Source of the DNA: Planctomycetota bacterium
GTDB lineage: Bacteria; Planctomycetota; PLA2; JAEUHO01
NCBI GenBank assembly: GCA_964228555.1
Contig: CAXQZU010000045.1
Location: 42,634-106,633 of the forward strand
Direction: 5' to 3'
DNA: 64,000 nt
Shown here: positions 26,962 through 35,805 of the stretch, piece after piece
How positions within the stretch are numbered: position 1 is the first letter of the stretch
How the letters are laid out: each line of letters begins with the position of its first letter
Translations under genes and position numbers: made by a program
Notes under the pieces: generated by a model
What the model was told of the DNA's origin: nothing
Database searches by the model: none
What the model saw: the letters and a program-made list of their open reading frames with translations, nothing else

Positions 26962-29954
26962 TCGGCGGTCTCCGTCGGCACCGGCAGGGCGCTGCGCCAT
27001 GCCTTGCGCAGCACCTCGGTGGGGCTGTGGATGGCGTCGTGCCGGCCGCGGCTGCTGCGCACGCGCAGCACGGGCTCCTGCGTGACCGTGCCCAGCACGG
27101 CGTGCGGGGCGCGCGCGGCCCGCAGCAGGCGGCGCAGGGCCGGCAGGCGCGCCGCGTCCACCTCCAGCAGCAAGCGGGTGGGCGACTCGCTGAACAGGCG
27201 CCGGGCATCGTCCAGCCGTCCCTGCACCGGCAGGGCGCGCAGGTCGAGGTCCAGCCCGTGGTGGCCCGAGAAGGCCATCTCGGCGGCCGCCACGGCCAGG
27301 CCGCCCTCGCTCAGGTCGTGGGCCGAGAGCACCAGGCCCGCGCGGATCGCGCGCGACACCGCGGCCAGCACGCGCGGGGCGTCCGGCTGCACGGTGGGCA
27401 CGCGCGCCCCCAGCCAGCCCTGCAGGCGGTACCAGTGGCTGCCGCCCAGCTCGTCGCGCGTGCGGCCCACCACCACGATGCGCGCGCCGGGGCGCTTGGC
27501 CTCCAGCGTGACCGTCTTGCGCACGTCGTCGATCACGCCCAGCGCCGAGACCAGCAGCGTGGGCGGCACCACGATCACGCGCCCGTCCTCGGTCCGGAAC
27601 TCGTTGTTGAGCGAGTCCTTGCCCGAGATGAAGGGCGTGCCGTAGAGCAGGGCGGCATCGCGGCAGCCCTCGGCGGCCTTCACCCGCGCGCCCAGCGTCT
27701 CGGGGCGGCTGCAGCTGCCCCAGGTGAAGTTGTCGAGGATGGCGACGCGCGCCGGGTCGGCGCCGACCGCCACGGCGTTGCGCAGGGCCTCGTCCACGGC
27801 CAGCAGCGCCATCTGGTGCGGGTCGATGTCGCCATAGGCCGGGTTGATGCCGTTGGAGAGCACGATGCCGCGGCGGCTGCCCAGCTTGGGCGCGAGCACG
27901 GCCGCGTCGCTGGGCCCGCCATGGGGGCCCATGAAGGGGCGCACGACCGCGCCCGACTGCACCTCGTGGTCGTACTGGCGCACGACCCACTCCTTGCTGC
28001 CCACCTGCGGCATGCGCAGCACGGCGGCGAGGTCGGCCGTCCACGAGGCCTTGGCGCGCGGGCGGGGCTCTGCGAGGCGCGGCGGCGTCCAGCACGCGTC
28101 GCGCTGCACGCGGGGCAGGCCCTCGTGGAGGAACTCCATCGACAGGCGGGCCAGCACCGTGCGGCCGTGGCGCACCACCAGGCGGTGGTCGCGCGTGAAG
28201 CGGCCCAGCGCGAACGCCTCCACGTCCTCGCTGGCGCACAGGCGCTGGAAAGCCTTCCACGCGCGCGGCGGCACGGCCGCCACCATGCGCTCCTGCGCCT
28301 CGCTGATCCACACCTCGAAGGCCTTGAGGCCGGGGTACTTGAGCGGGGCCGTGGACAGGTCCACGTCCGCGCCCAGGTCCGCGCCCATCTCGCCCACGGC
28401 GCTGGAGAAGCCGCCCGCGCCGCAGTCGGTGACGGCGTGGAACCAGCCGCGGTCGCGCGCCTGCAGCAGCACGTCCAGCACCTTCTTCTCGGTGATGGCG
28501 TCGCCGATCTGCACGGCACCCGACGACACGGTCTCGCTCTCGGCGCTGAGCTCCTCGCTGCTGAAGGTGGCGCCGTGGATGCCGTCGCGGCCCGTGCGGC
28601 CGCCGAAGGCCACCACGAGGTCGCCGGGCCGCGCGCCCTTGCGCACGAAGCGCCGCGGCAGGATGCCCACGCAGCCGGCGTAGACCACCGGGTTGCCCAC
28701 GTAGCGCGGGTCGAACAGGATGGCCCCGTTCACGGTCGGGATGCCCATGCGGTTGCCGTAGTCCCGCACGCCCGACACCACGCCCTTGAGCAGGCGCAGC
28801 GGGTGCATGCAGCCTTTCGGCACCTTGCCCTGCGGCAGGTCCGGGGGGCCGAAGCAGAACACGTCGGTGTTGGCCACCGGGCGCGCCCCCAGGCCGGTGC
28901 CCAGGATGTCGCGGATCACGCCGCCGATGCCGGTGCCGGCGCCGCCGTAGGGCTCGATGGCGCTGGGGTGGTTGTGCGTCTCCACCTTCATGCACACCCC
29001 GTCGGTGCCGTCGAAGTCGATCACGCCCGCGTTGTCCTTGAACACGCTCCAGCACCAGGGCTTGGCCAGCCGCTGCGTGGCGGCAAACACCGTCTCCTTG
29101 AGCAGGTTGCGGAAGGTGCGCACCGTGCCGCCTTCCGTCATGCGCACCGCGCCGCCCAGCGTCTTGTGCTTGCAGTGCTCCGACCAGGTCTGGGCCACCG
29201 TCTCCAGCTCCACGTCGGTGGGCTCCCGGCCCAGCGTGCGGAAGTGGGCCTGCACGGCCTCCATCTCCACGCGCGAGAGCGACAGGCCCATGCGGCGCGA
29301 GAGGGCCAGCAGGGCCTCGCCGTCCAGCGTGCGCAGCAGCACCTCGACGCGCTGGGCCACGGCCGGCGTGGGATGCGGGAAGCGGTAGGTGGCCGGCGCC
29401 CCGGCCAGCACCTCCTCGATCACCTCGTTGCCCAGGGCGCGCGCGGCGGCGGCCCCCAGCGCCGCGCGCGGCACGCGGCCCTGCACGCGGTAGGTGCGCG
29501 CGGCCTTGACTTGCGCCACGCACAGGCCCAGCGACTGGAGCAGGCGTCGCGCCGTCTCCGCCTCGGGGTCGCTCACGCCGGCGCGGCGCATCACGGTGAC
29601 CTCGTGCACGCCCCGGGGCGCTGCGCGGGGACGGCCGAAGGAGGCCACGTCCAGCACGGCGTCGCCCAGCGCCTGGGCCGCCCGCCGGCGGCCCTCGGCG
29701 TCCAGCGGGCCCTCGAGGAAGTAGGTGCGCAGCACGCGCACGCTGCCAAGGCCCCGGAGGCCGGCCTGCTGCAGCGCGGCGCGGGCGGAGCGCCCGGCGG
29801 GGTCCAGCAGGTCGTCCCGCACGCGCAGCTCGAGGCGCAGCACGGGCAGCGAGGCCGACGCGGCCGTGCCCGCCTTGCGGGGGCCCTTGCCGGCACGGGC
29901 GCGGGAACGACGGGTGGGAGCGGGACGCGGACGCGAGGCAGGTGCGGTGGCCAT
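26958..29954 (-). CDS. purL: phosphoribosylformylglycinamidine synthase subunit PurL with N-terminal PurS-like domains
   Basis: 998 aa. The PurL core has AQTWSEHCKHKTL and ETHNHPSAIEPYGGAGTGIGGVIRD. About 220 N-terminal residues resemble two PurS-like modules (LRLELRVRDDLLDPAGRSARAALQQAGL..., VHEVTVMRRAGVSDPEAETARRLLQSLGL...). Confidence 0.9.
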   Translation of the reverse strand: MATAPASRPRPAPTRRSRARAGKGPRKAGTAASASLPVLRLELRVRDDLLDPAGRSARAALQQAGLRGLGSVRVLRTYFLEGPLDAEGRRRAAQALGDAVLDVASFGRPRAAPRGVHEVTVMRRAGVSDPEAETARRLLQSLGLCVAQVKAARTYRVQGRVPRAALGAAAARALGNEVIEEVLAGAPATYRFPHPTPAVAQRVEVLLRTLDGEALLALSRRMGLSLSRVEMEAVQAHFRTLGREPTDVELETVAQTWSEHCKHKTLGGAVRMTEGGTVRTFRNLLKETVFAATQRLAKPWCWSVFKDNAGVIDFDGTDGVCMKVETHNHPSAIEPYGGAGTGIGGVIRDILGTGLGARPVANTDVFCFGPPDLPQGKVPKGCMHPLRLLKGVVSGVRDYGNRMGIPTVNGAILFDPRYVGNPVVYAGCVGILPRRFVRKGARPGDLVVAFGGRTGRDGIHGATFSSEELSAESETVSSGAVQIGDAITEKKVLDVLLQARDRGWFHAVTDCGAGGFSSAVGEMGADLGADVDLSTAPLKYPGLKAFEVWISEAQERMVAAVPPRAWKAFQRLCASEDVEAFALGRFTRDHRLVVRHGRTVLARLSMEFLHEGLPRVQRDACWTPPRLAEPRPRAKASWTADLAAVLRMPQVGSKEWVVRQYDHEVQSGAVVRPFMGPHGGPSDAAVLAPKLGSRRGIVLSNGINPAYGDIDPHQMALLAVDEALRNAVAVGADPARVAILDNFTWGSCSRPETLGARVKAAEGCRDAALLYGTPFISGKDSLNNEFRTEDGRVIVVPPTLLVSALGVIDDVRKTVTLEAKRPGARIVVVGRTRDELGGSHWYRLQGWLGARVPTVQPDAPRVLAAVSRAIRAGLVLSAHDLSEGGLAVAAAEMAFSGHHGLDLDLRALPVQGRLDDARRLFSESPTRLLLEVDAARLPALRRLLRAARAPHAVLGTVTQEPVLRVRSSRGRHDAIHSPTEVLRKAWRSALPVPTETAE

Positions 29955-29988
29955 GGGCCTCGCATGGTGGCCTCGGGCGGGCTGGGCA

Positions 29989-30011
29989 GGGCATCAGGCT
30001 TCCTGATGCCC
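29989..30011. promoter_or_regulatory. perfect 10-3-10 inverted repeat GGGCATCAGG-CTT-CCTGATGCCC in the purL leader/promoter
   Basis: It lies 35-57 nt upstream of the purL ATG (29954, minus strand). It is less GC-rich than its surroundings. Confidence 0.4.
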
Positions 30012-30508
30012 CGATAAGCGGCCGGGCCGCCCGGCGGGCGATCCGGCCCTGCCGCGCCCCCTGCCGCACCCCCGGCCGCGCCCCCGGCCCGGGCGCAGGC
30101 CGTTTCGCAGGTCGGGGGGCCCCTGGGGCGGGCGGGCGGGCGGGCGACGGGCGCGGGAGGCGGGGTGCTGGGGGGGGCAGGCGCTGGTCCCGGCGCTGGC
30201 CCTGGCACTGGCGGTGGGGATGGCCCCCCGGGCAGCCGATCCAAGGGGAGCCGCCGGCCCGCCGGCCCGCGGTCCAAGCGGGCGGCAGCCTGCCGGGGGG
30301 GCCGGGCCTGCGGGCCGCAGGTCCCCCGGGGTAGACTGCTGCCACACCGATGCGGGGCCTTCCTCCCCTGGCAGGGGGCGGGCGGGCTTGGCACCGGGCA
30401 CCCCTGACGTCGATTCGAGGCCGGGCGCTCGCGCCCTGCCACCCATCCCCGCCCAGGACCGTCGCGCCGAACCGGGCTTGCCCCGGCCGGCCCCGGAGCC
30501 CGACCCGC

Positions 30509-31501
30509 ATGGCCAGCCTGCCCAACGCCCTCCCGAAGACCGCCCGCGGTCCGCTGCCCTTCGAGCAGCCGATCATGGAGCTCGAGCAGAAGATCGCCGA
30601 GCTGCGATCCCTCTCGGAGGTGCCCCTGCAGGGCGAGCTGCGGCCGCTGGAGCGCAAGCGCGACGGCATGGTGGCCGAGATCTACGGCCGGCTCACGCCT
30701 TGGCAGAAGGTGCAGGTGGCCCGCCACCCGCAGCGGCCCCAGTTCATGGACTACGTCCAGGGGATGTGCGACGAGTGGGTCGAGCTGCACGGCGACCGGC
30801 TGTTCGGCGAGGACAAGGCCATCTCGACCGGCCTTGCCCGCATCGGGGACACCCGCTTCATGCTGGTGGGCAGCCGCAAGGGCAAGGAAGCCCGCGACAA
30901 GGTGGCCTGCAACTTCGGGTGCGCCAACCCGGAGGGCTACCGCAAGGCCTTGAGCAAGATGCGGCTGGCCGAGCGCTTCGGCCTGCCCATCGTCACCCTG
31001 ATCAACACCCCGGGCGCCTACCCCGGCCTGGGGGCCGAGGAGCGCGGCCAGGCATGGGCCATTGCCGAGAACATCCTCGAGATGGGCCGCCTGAAGGTGC
31101 CTACCCTGTGCATCGTGGTGGGCGAGGGCGGCAGCGGCGGCGCGCTGGGCATCGGCGTGGGCGACCGCGTGCTGATGCTGGAGTACGCCTACTACTCGGT
31201 GATCTCGCCCGAGGGCTGCGCCTCGATCCTGTGGCACGACCCCACGCGCGCCCCGGACGCCGCCAAGGTGCTGCGCCTCACCAGCGAGGACCTGCTCAAG
31301 CTGGGGGTGGTGGACGGCGTGGTGCCCGAGCCGCTGGGCGGCGCGCACCGTGACCCGGCAGCCATGGTGGCCACGCTCAAGCAAACCATCCTGGAGACGC
31401 TGGCCACGCTGGCCGCCCAGCCCGAGGCGCAGCGGCTGGAGGCGCGCTACCAGCGCCTGCGCAACCTGGGCAACCACGCCCCGTTCCTCGACCCCGCCTA
31501 G
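30509..31501 (+). CDS. accA: acetyl-CoA carboxylase carboxyltransferase subunit alpha
   Basis: 330 aa. FEQPIMELEQKIAEL, ARHPQRP and TPGAYPGLGAEERGQAWAIA are canonical AccA motifs. Confidence 0.95.
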   Translation: MASLPNALPKTARGPLPFEQPIMELEQKIAELRSLSEVPLQGELRPLERKRDGMVAEIYGRLTPWQKVQVARHPQRPQFMDYVQGMCDEWVELHGDRLFGEDKAISTGLARIGDTRFMLVGSRKGKEARDKVACNFGCANPEGYRKALSKMRLAERFGLPIVTLINTPGAYPGLGAEERGQAWAIAENILEMGRLKVPTLCIVVGEGGSGGALGIGVGDRVLMLEYAYYSVISPEGCASILWHDPTRAPDAAKVLRLTSEDLLKLGVVDGVVPEPLGGAHRDPAAMVATLKQTILETLATLAAQPEAQRLEARYQRLRNLGNHAPFLDPA

Positions 31502-31697
31502 CCAGCCTGGCTCGCAGGGATCCGCGTACCGCCCGGCCGGCGCCGCCCGTCCTCGGGCCCTCGTGCGCCCCATGGTTGCATTCTGCAATCTTGCGCGGGC
31601 CCGCGTGGGTGGGCGGCCAACGCCTCGGTCCCGCCTGCCGTAGACACCATGATCGGCGGGGTGGCCCGTGCGCCCCTCGCCCCGGAGGCTCACGACC

Positions 31698-33047
31698 ATG
31701 ACCCACCAACCCTCTGTACGGCACGTCGCCGGCTGCCTGCTGCTGATGGGCGTGGCTGCCGCCGTGCCTGCCCTGGCCGAGGAGGAGCCGATCCCGCCGG
31801 CAGCGCCGGTCCCGGCGCCGGCCGCCGAGGAACCCGCCGGCGAGGCCGGCGCGCGCGAGGCCAGCGCAGAGCAGGTGCTGGCGTGGGTGGCGCAGCTGGG
31901 CAGCGACGACTTCCGCGTGCGTGAGCAGGCCAGCGAGCGGCTGGCGGCCGCCGGCGAGGATGCACGCGAGGCGCTGGAGGCGGCCATGGCCACCAGCGAC
32001 AGCCTCGAGGTGCGCTGGCGCGCCCAGCAGCTGCTGCTGAGGCTGGACGGCCGCCACGAGCGGCGGCTGGGAGCACGCGAGCCCGGCCGAGGCCGGGCGG
32101 CCCCGCCCGGCGCGGCCCCGGGCATGCCCGGCCTCGGCACGCCGCAGGAACTGCGCGAGATGGTCGAGCGCATGCTCGAGGGCCTGGGCCAGGGCGGGGG
32201 CTGGCCGGGGATCGACGTGGCACCGCTGGAGGGCATGGACCTGCTGGGCGGCACCTTCCGCTCCGGCGCGCTCACGCTGCGCCAGGGCTGGCCCGGCAGC
32301 CGCGTGCGGCTGGAGGTGCGCGGCGCCGACGCGCAGGGCCAGCCGCAGCGCACCACCTACGAGGGCGCCAGCCTCGAGGCCTTGCTGGCTGCGCACCCCG
32401 AGCTGGCCCAGCACCCCGACATCGCGGGCCTCAAGAAGGACATCGAGGAGCGCCAGCGCCTGCGCGGCCTGCCGCCGGGCACGCGCATGCCGATGTTCTC
32501 CTTCCGCACCAGCGAGGGGCTGGAGGTGGTGCAGGACGGCGCGGGCGCCACCGTGCGCGTGCACGAGCGCGCGCAGGACGGCAGCCTCGTGACCAAGGAG
32601 TTCAAGGGCGCCACGCTGGAGGACATCCGGCGCGAGCACCCCGAGCTGTCCGACCGGCTCGGCGGCCTGACGCTGCGCGTGGGGCCGCCGCGCGTGTTCC
32701 GGGGCTCGCGCGAGGAGCCGATGCCCCCGCTGCCCGACCGCGAGCAGCCCGAGCGCTCCACCGCACCCGAGGCACGCTTCGGGATGGCGCTGGAGCCGGT
32801 GGAAGGGCTGCTGGCCCGCCACCTGCGCCTGGAGGGCCGCGCGGCGCTGCTGGTGCGCGAGGTGCAGCCGGGGTCGCAGGCCGAGGCGCTGGGCGTGCAG
32901 CCGCTGGACATCCTGCTGGCCATCGACGGCCGCGACGTGACGGGCATGGACGACGCCGTGCAGCGGCTGCGGCAGGCCGCGCGCGAGGGCGGTGCGCTGC
33001 GGCTGGCGGTGCTGCGCGCGGGCGCCCCCGTCGACCTCACCCGCTGA
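31698..33047 (+). CDS. secreted protein with C-terminal PDZ domain
   Basis: ATG has GGAGG upstream. It has a signal peptide (VAGCLLLMGVAAAVPALA). The C-terminal PDZ-like segment is GRAALLVREVQPGSQAEALGVQPLDILLAIDGRDV. Confidence 0.7.
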   Translation: MTHQPSVRHVAGCLLLMGVAAAVPALAEEEPIPPAAPVPAPAAEEPAGEAGAREASAEQVLAWVAQLGSDDFRVREQASERLAAAGEDAREALEAAMATSDSLEVRWRAQQLLLRLDGRHERRLGAREPGRGRAAPPGAAPGMPGLGTPQELREMVERMLEGLGQGGGWPGIDVAPLEGMDLLGGTFRSGALTLRQGWPGSRVRLEVRGADAQGQPQRTTYEGASLEALLAAHPELAQHPDIAGLKKDIEERQRLRGLPPGTRMPMFSFRTSEGLEVVQDGAGATVRVHERAQDGSLVTKEFKGATLEDIRREHPELSDRLGGLTLRVGPPRVFRGSREEPMPPLPDREQPERSTAPEARFGMALEPVEGLLARHLRLEGRAALLVREVQPGSQAEALGVQPLDILLAIDGRDVTGMDDAVQRLRQAAREGGALRLAVLRAGAPVDLTR

Positions 33048-33056
33048 GGCGCGCCG

Positions 33057-33956
33057 CTAGTCCTTGAGCGGGTAGTCGCGCGAGGAGACGCGCCCGGCAC
33101 CCAGCGCCAGCGCCACGGCCGTCACGGCCAGCAGCACCAGCGCGGCGCTCCACGGCTGCATCCAGTCCACGCGCTCGCTGCTGAGCACCTGCGAGATCAG
33201 GTCGCCGGGGTTGATGCTGGCGGGGGCCGCCTCGCTGGAGGAACGCACGCGCTCGCTGAGCGCGCCGAAGTCGGCGTCCACCCCGCGATGGAACAGGCTG
33301 AGCACGTGGTGCACCAGCGAGAGCCGCTGCATGGTGCCCGAGGCCTCGCTCATGAAGCCGTCCACGAGGAACACGTAGACGAGGCCGGCGATGATGCCGC
33401 GACGGAACCAGGCGCCCAGCAGGCAGGTGATGGCCCCGAAGGCCAGCACGCCCAGCACCACGGGCGGCACCAGCGCCCATGCCGTGGAGGCCGGCAGCGG
33501 CAGCCCGGCCACGCCCAGCGCCACCAGCGGCGGCACCAGCGCCACCGGGATGGCGACCGTCACGGCCGCGCTGAAGCGCGCGAGGTAGAGCGTGCGTCGC
33601 GCGATGGGGCGCACCAGGTGGAACACCAGCGTGCGCTCGCTCACCTCGCGCGAGAAGGCGCCCGCCACCAGCACCAGCGCCGCCAGCGGCACCGCCGAGG
33701 GCAGCAACGCCTCCTTGAGCCCTTCCCAGAGCTGGAAGGCGGCCTCGCCGTCGCCGGCCCGCGCCCCGCTGCCGCCGTGCACGCTGAACCAGCCCGTGAG
33801 CGCGCCCAGCGCCGCGGCCACGCCCAGCACCACCAGCATGCGCAGCGGCCGGCCCAGCGCGAGGCGCAGGCCCCAGGCGTAGGCCGGCCCGAAGCCGGCC
33901 AGCAGGCCGCGCGGCGGCGGCGGGGGAGGCGGGCGCTGGCTCACGAGGGTGGTCAC
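33057..33956 (-). CDS. ABC-2 type transporter permease (module 1)
   Basis: 299 aa from GTG. It has a Pro7 run then about 6 TM helices. The GTGA overlaps the upstream ATPase stop. Confidence 0.7.
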   Translation of the reverse strand: MTTLVSQRPPPPPPPRGLLAGFGPAYAWGLRLALGRPLRMLVVLGVAAALGALTGWFSVHGGSGARAGDGEAAFQLWEGLKEALLPSAVPLAALVLVAGAFSREVSERTLVFHLVRPIARRTLYLARFSAAVTVAIPVALVPPLVALGVAGLPLPASTAWALVPPVVLGVLAFGAITCLLGAWFRRGIIAGLVYVFLVDGFMSEASGTMQRLSLVHHVLSLFHRGVDADFGALSERVRSSSEAAPASINPGDLISQVLSSERVDWMQPWSAALVLLAVTAVALALGAGRVSSRDYPLKD

Positions 33957-34879
33957 CGGGTCAGGTACCTGAACACGGCCTCGAGGTCCTCGTCGCCGGG
34001 CAGGATGGCCGTGACGGCCGGCCCGCCCGCGGGCACCTCGCGCTGCAGGTGGTCGAAGAAGGCCTCCGGCTGGGTCGTGAGCAGGTCCACGCCCGCGGCG
34101 TCCGTGCTCACGCGCACCACGCCGGGCGCATCCAGCATGCGCTGCGCCAGCACGCGCGGCTGGGGCGTGAGCAGCCTCACCTGCAGCGGGTGCTGCGGCA
34201 GCTCGCGCCGGATCTCGGCGCGCGTGCCCTCGGCCAGCACGCGGCCCTGGTAGAGGAATACGCTGCGACGCGCCAGGTGCTCCACCTCGTGCAGCACGTG
34301 GCTGGAGACCAGCACGCAGCGGCCCTCGTCGCCCAGCGACTGGATGACGCCGCTGAGGTCGCGCCGGGCGCTGGGGTCCAGCCCGTTGAGCGGCTCGTCG
34401 AGGATCACGATGTCGGGGTCGTGCGCCAGCGCCTGGGCCAGCTTGAAGCGCTGGCGCATGCCCTTGCTGAAGGTGCCCACGCTGCGGTCCAGCACGTGGC
34501 CCAGCCCCACGCGGCCCAGCGCGGCCTCGGCCAGCAGGCGCGCCTCGCGCCGCCCGTAGCCGTGCAGGCGCGTGAGGTAGGCCAGCACGGCCCGGCAGGC
34601 CACGCCGGGGTAGGCCGCGTCCTGCTCGGGGCACAGGCCCACGCGGCGCATCACGCCGGGGTTGTCGAAGGGTTCCTCGCCCGCCAGCAGCACGCGGCCA
34701 AGGCTGGGCCGGAGCATGCCGCAGGCCAGCTTGAGGAAGGTGCTCTTGCCGGCCCCGTTGGGCCCCAGCAGGCCGGTCACGCCGGGACCCACCTCGACGC
34801 TGACCTCGTTGAGGCCCAGCACCTCGCCGTACCACTTGGAGAGGCGCTCGGCCTCGATGCGGGCGGGGGCGGCGCTCAC
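33953..34879 (-). CDS. ABC transporter ATP-binding protein (module 1)
   Basis: Walker A is GPNGAGKST, the signature is FSKGMRQRF, Walker B is IVILDEP and the H-loop is SSHVL. It has a C-terminal accessory domain of about 90 aa. The GTGA overlaps the upstream permease stop. Confidence 0.9.
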   Translation of the reverse strand: MSAAPARIEAERLSKWYGEVLGLNEVSVEVGPGVTGLLGPNGAGKSTFLKLACGMLRPSLGRVLLAGEEPFDNPGVMRRVGLCPEQDAAYPGVACRAVLAYLTRLHGYGRREARLLAEAALGRVGLGHVLDRSVGTFSKGMRQRFKLAQALAHDPDIVILDEPLNGLDPSARRDLSGVIQSLGDEGRCVLVSSHVLHEVEHLARRSVFLYQGRVLAEGTRAEIRRELPQHPLQVRLLTPQPRVLAQRMLDAPGVVRVSTDAAGVDLLTTQPEAFFDHLQREVPAGGPAVTAILPGDEDLEAVFRYLTR

Positions 34880-35805
34880 TCGCTCACCTCCACGCTGCGC
34901 GCGCGCCACCACACGCGCAGGAAGCCCAGCAGCAGCAGCCCGGCGGCCAGCCACGCGGCCGCGGGGATGCTCGGCACCCGTTCCAGCAGCCAGTCGCGCC
35001 GCCCGAAGGCCTCGCGCGCGCGCCAGTGCGCCTCCAGCACGGGGGCCAGCGCGTTCGTGCTCAGGCTGGCGAGCCGGAAGGCCTCGCCCTGCAGGCCGCT
35101 CACGTGCAGCCCGATGCCGCGCACCACGAGGCCCCCGAAGAGCACCGCAGCCGCCAGCCCCGAGGCCACGCCGCGGCGTGGGGTGGCCGACGAGATCAGC
35201 AGCACCAGCCCCGGGTAGGCGCCCGCCGCCAGCAGCGAGAAGGAGGCGATCACCCCGGGCACGTCCGAGGCGGCCTCCCAGAAGGCCTGGGTCTGGCCGG
35301 GCGCCTGCCAGGCGCCCACCAGCAGCCACATCGCCAGCCCCGGCAGCGCCGCGCGCGTGAGCACGAACCAGGGCATGACCAGCGCCTTGCCCAGCGCGTA
35401 GTCCAGCGGACGCACGGGCCGGACCATGATCAGGGTGAGGGCGCGCGCGCGCAGGTCATCGGCCACCAGGCCGGCCCCCGTCAGGATCGAGAGCAGCACG
35501 ATCACCACCGAGGCCGAGGTGTAGTAGACGCGCAGGGCCGTGAGCAGGGCGAGGCGGTGGTCCAGCAGCAGGCGTGCCGGGTCGTCGCCGCGCATGCCGC
35601 GCGCGAAGATGCGCTCGCCCAGGCCCACCTGCACGTAGAGCAGCACGCCCACGCCGCAGGCCAGCAGCAGCAGCAGCGTGTTCATGACGCGCATCGCGCG
35701 CGTGGCCGCGAGCGCCTCCACGTTGGCGCGGAACACCACCCACCAGGCGGGCGGGCCGCCCAGGGCGCCTGCGTAGGCGCGATAGCCGCGGGCGTGCACC
35801 GTCAT
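34876..35805 (-). CDS. ABC-2 type transporter permease (module 2)
   Basis: 309 aa from ATG with about 6 TM helices. The ATGA overlaps the upstream ATPase stop. Confidence 0.7.
   Translation of the reverse strand: MTVHARGYRAYAGALGGPPAWWVVFRANVEALAATRAMRVMNTLLLLLACGVGVLLYVQVGLGERIFARGMRGDDPARLLLDHRLALLTALRVYYTSASVVIVLLSILTGAGLVADDLRARALTLIMVRPVRPLDYALGKALVMPWFVLTRAALPGLAMWLLVGAWQAPGQTQAFWEAASDVPGVIASFSLLAAGAYPGLVLLISSATPRRGVASGLAAAVLFGGLVVRGIGLHVSGLQGEAFRLASLSTNALAPVLEAHWRAREAFGRRDWLLERVPSIPAAAWLAAGLLLLGFLRVWWRARSVEVSE

Noticed and set aside
29955-30508. 554-bp intergenic region, considered as host of a riboswitch (ZTP or purine) or a housekeeping RNA (RNase P, SRP RNA, tmRNA, 6S)
   Set aside because: I found none of the conserved cores I know (for example GAGGAAAGUCC for RNase P, the CCGCCUGGG sub-domain for ZTP, or tmRNA tag and acceptor features). 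I cannot exclude an unknown sRNA without a covariance-model scan.
26119-30669. 1516-aa minus-strand ORF suggesting one giant gene
   Set aside because: Only its last 280 codons (PurQ) look real. The upstream part runs out of frame over purL and the intergenic region and is Arg/Pro/Gly-rich nonsense. PurL is in another frame (26958..29954).
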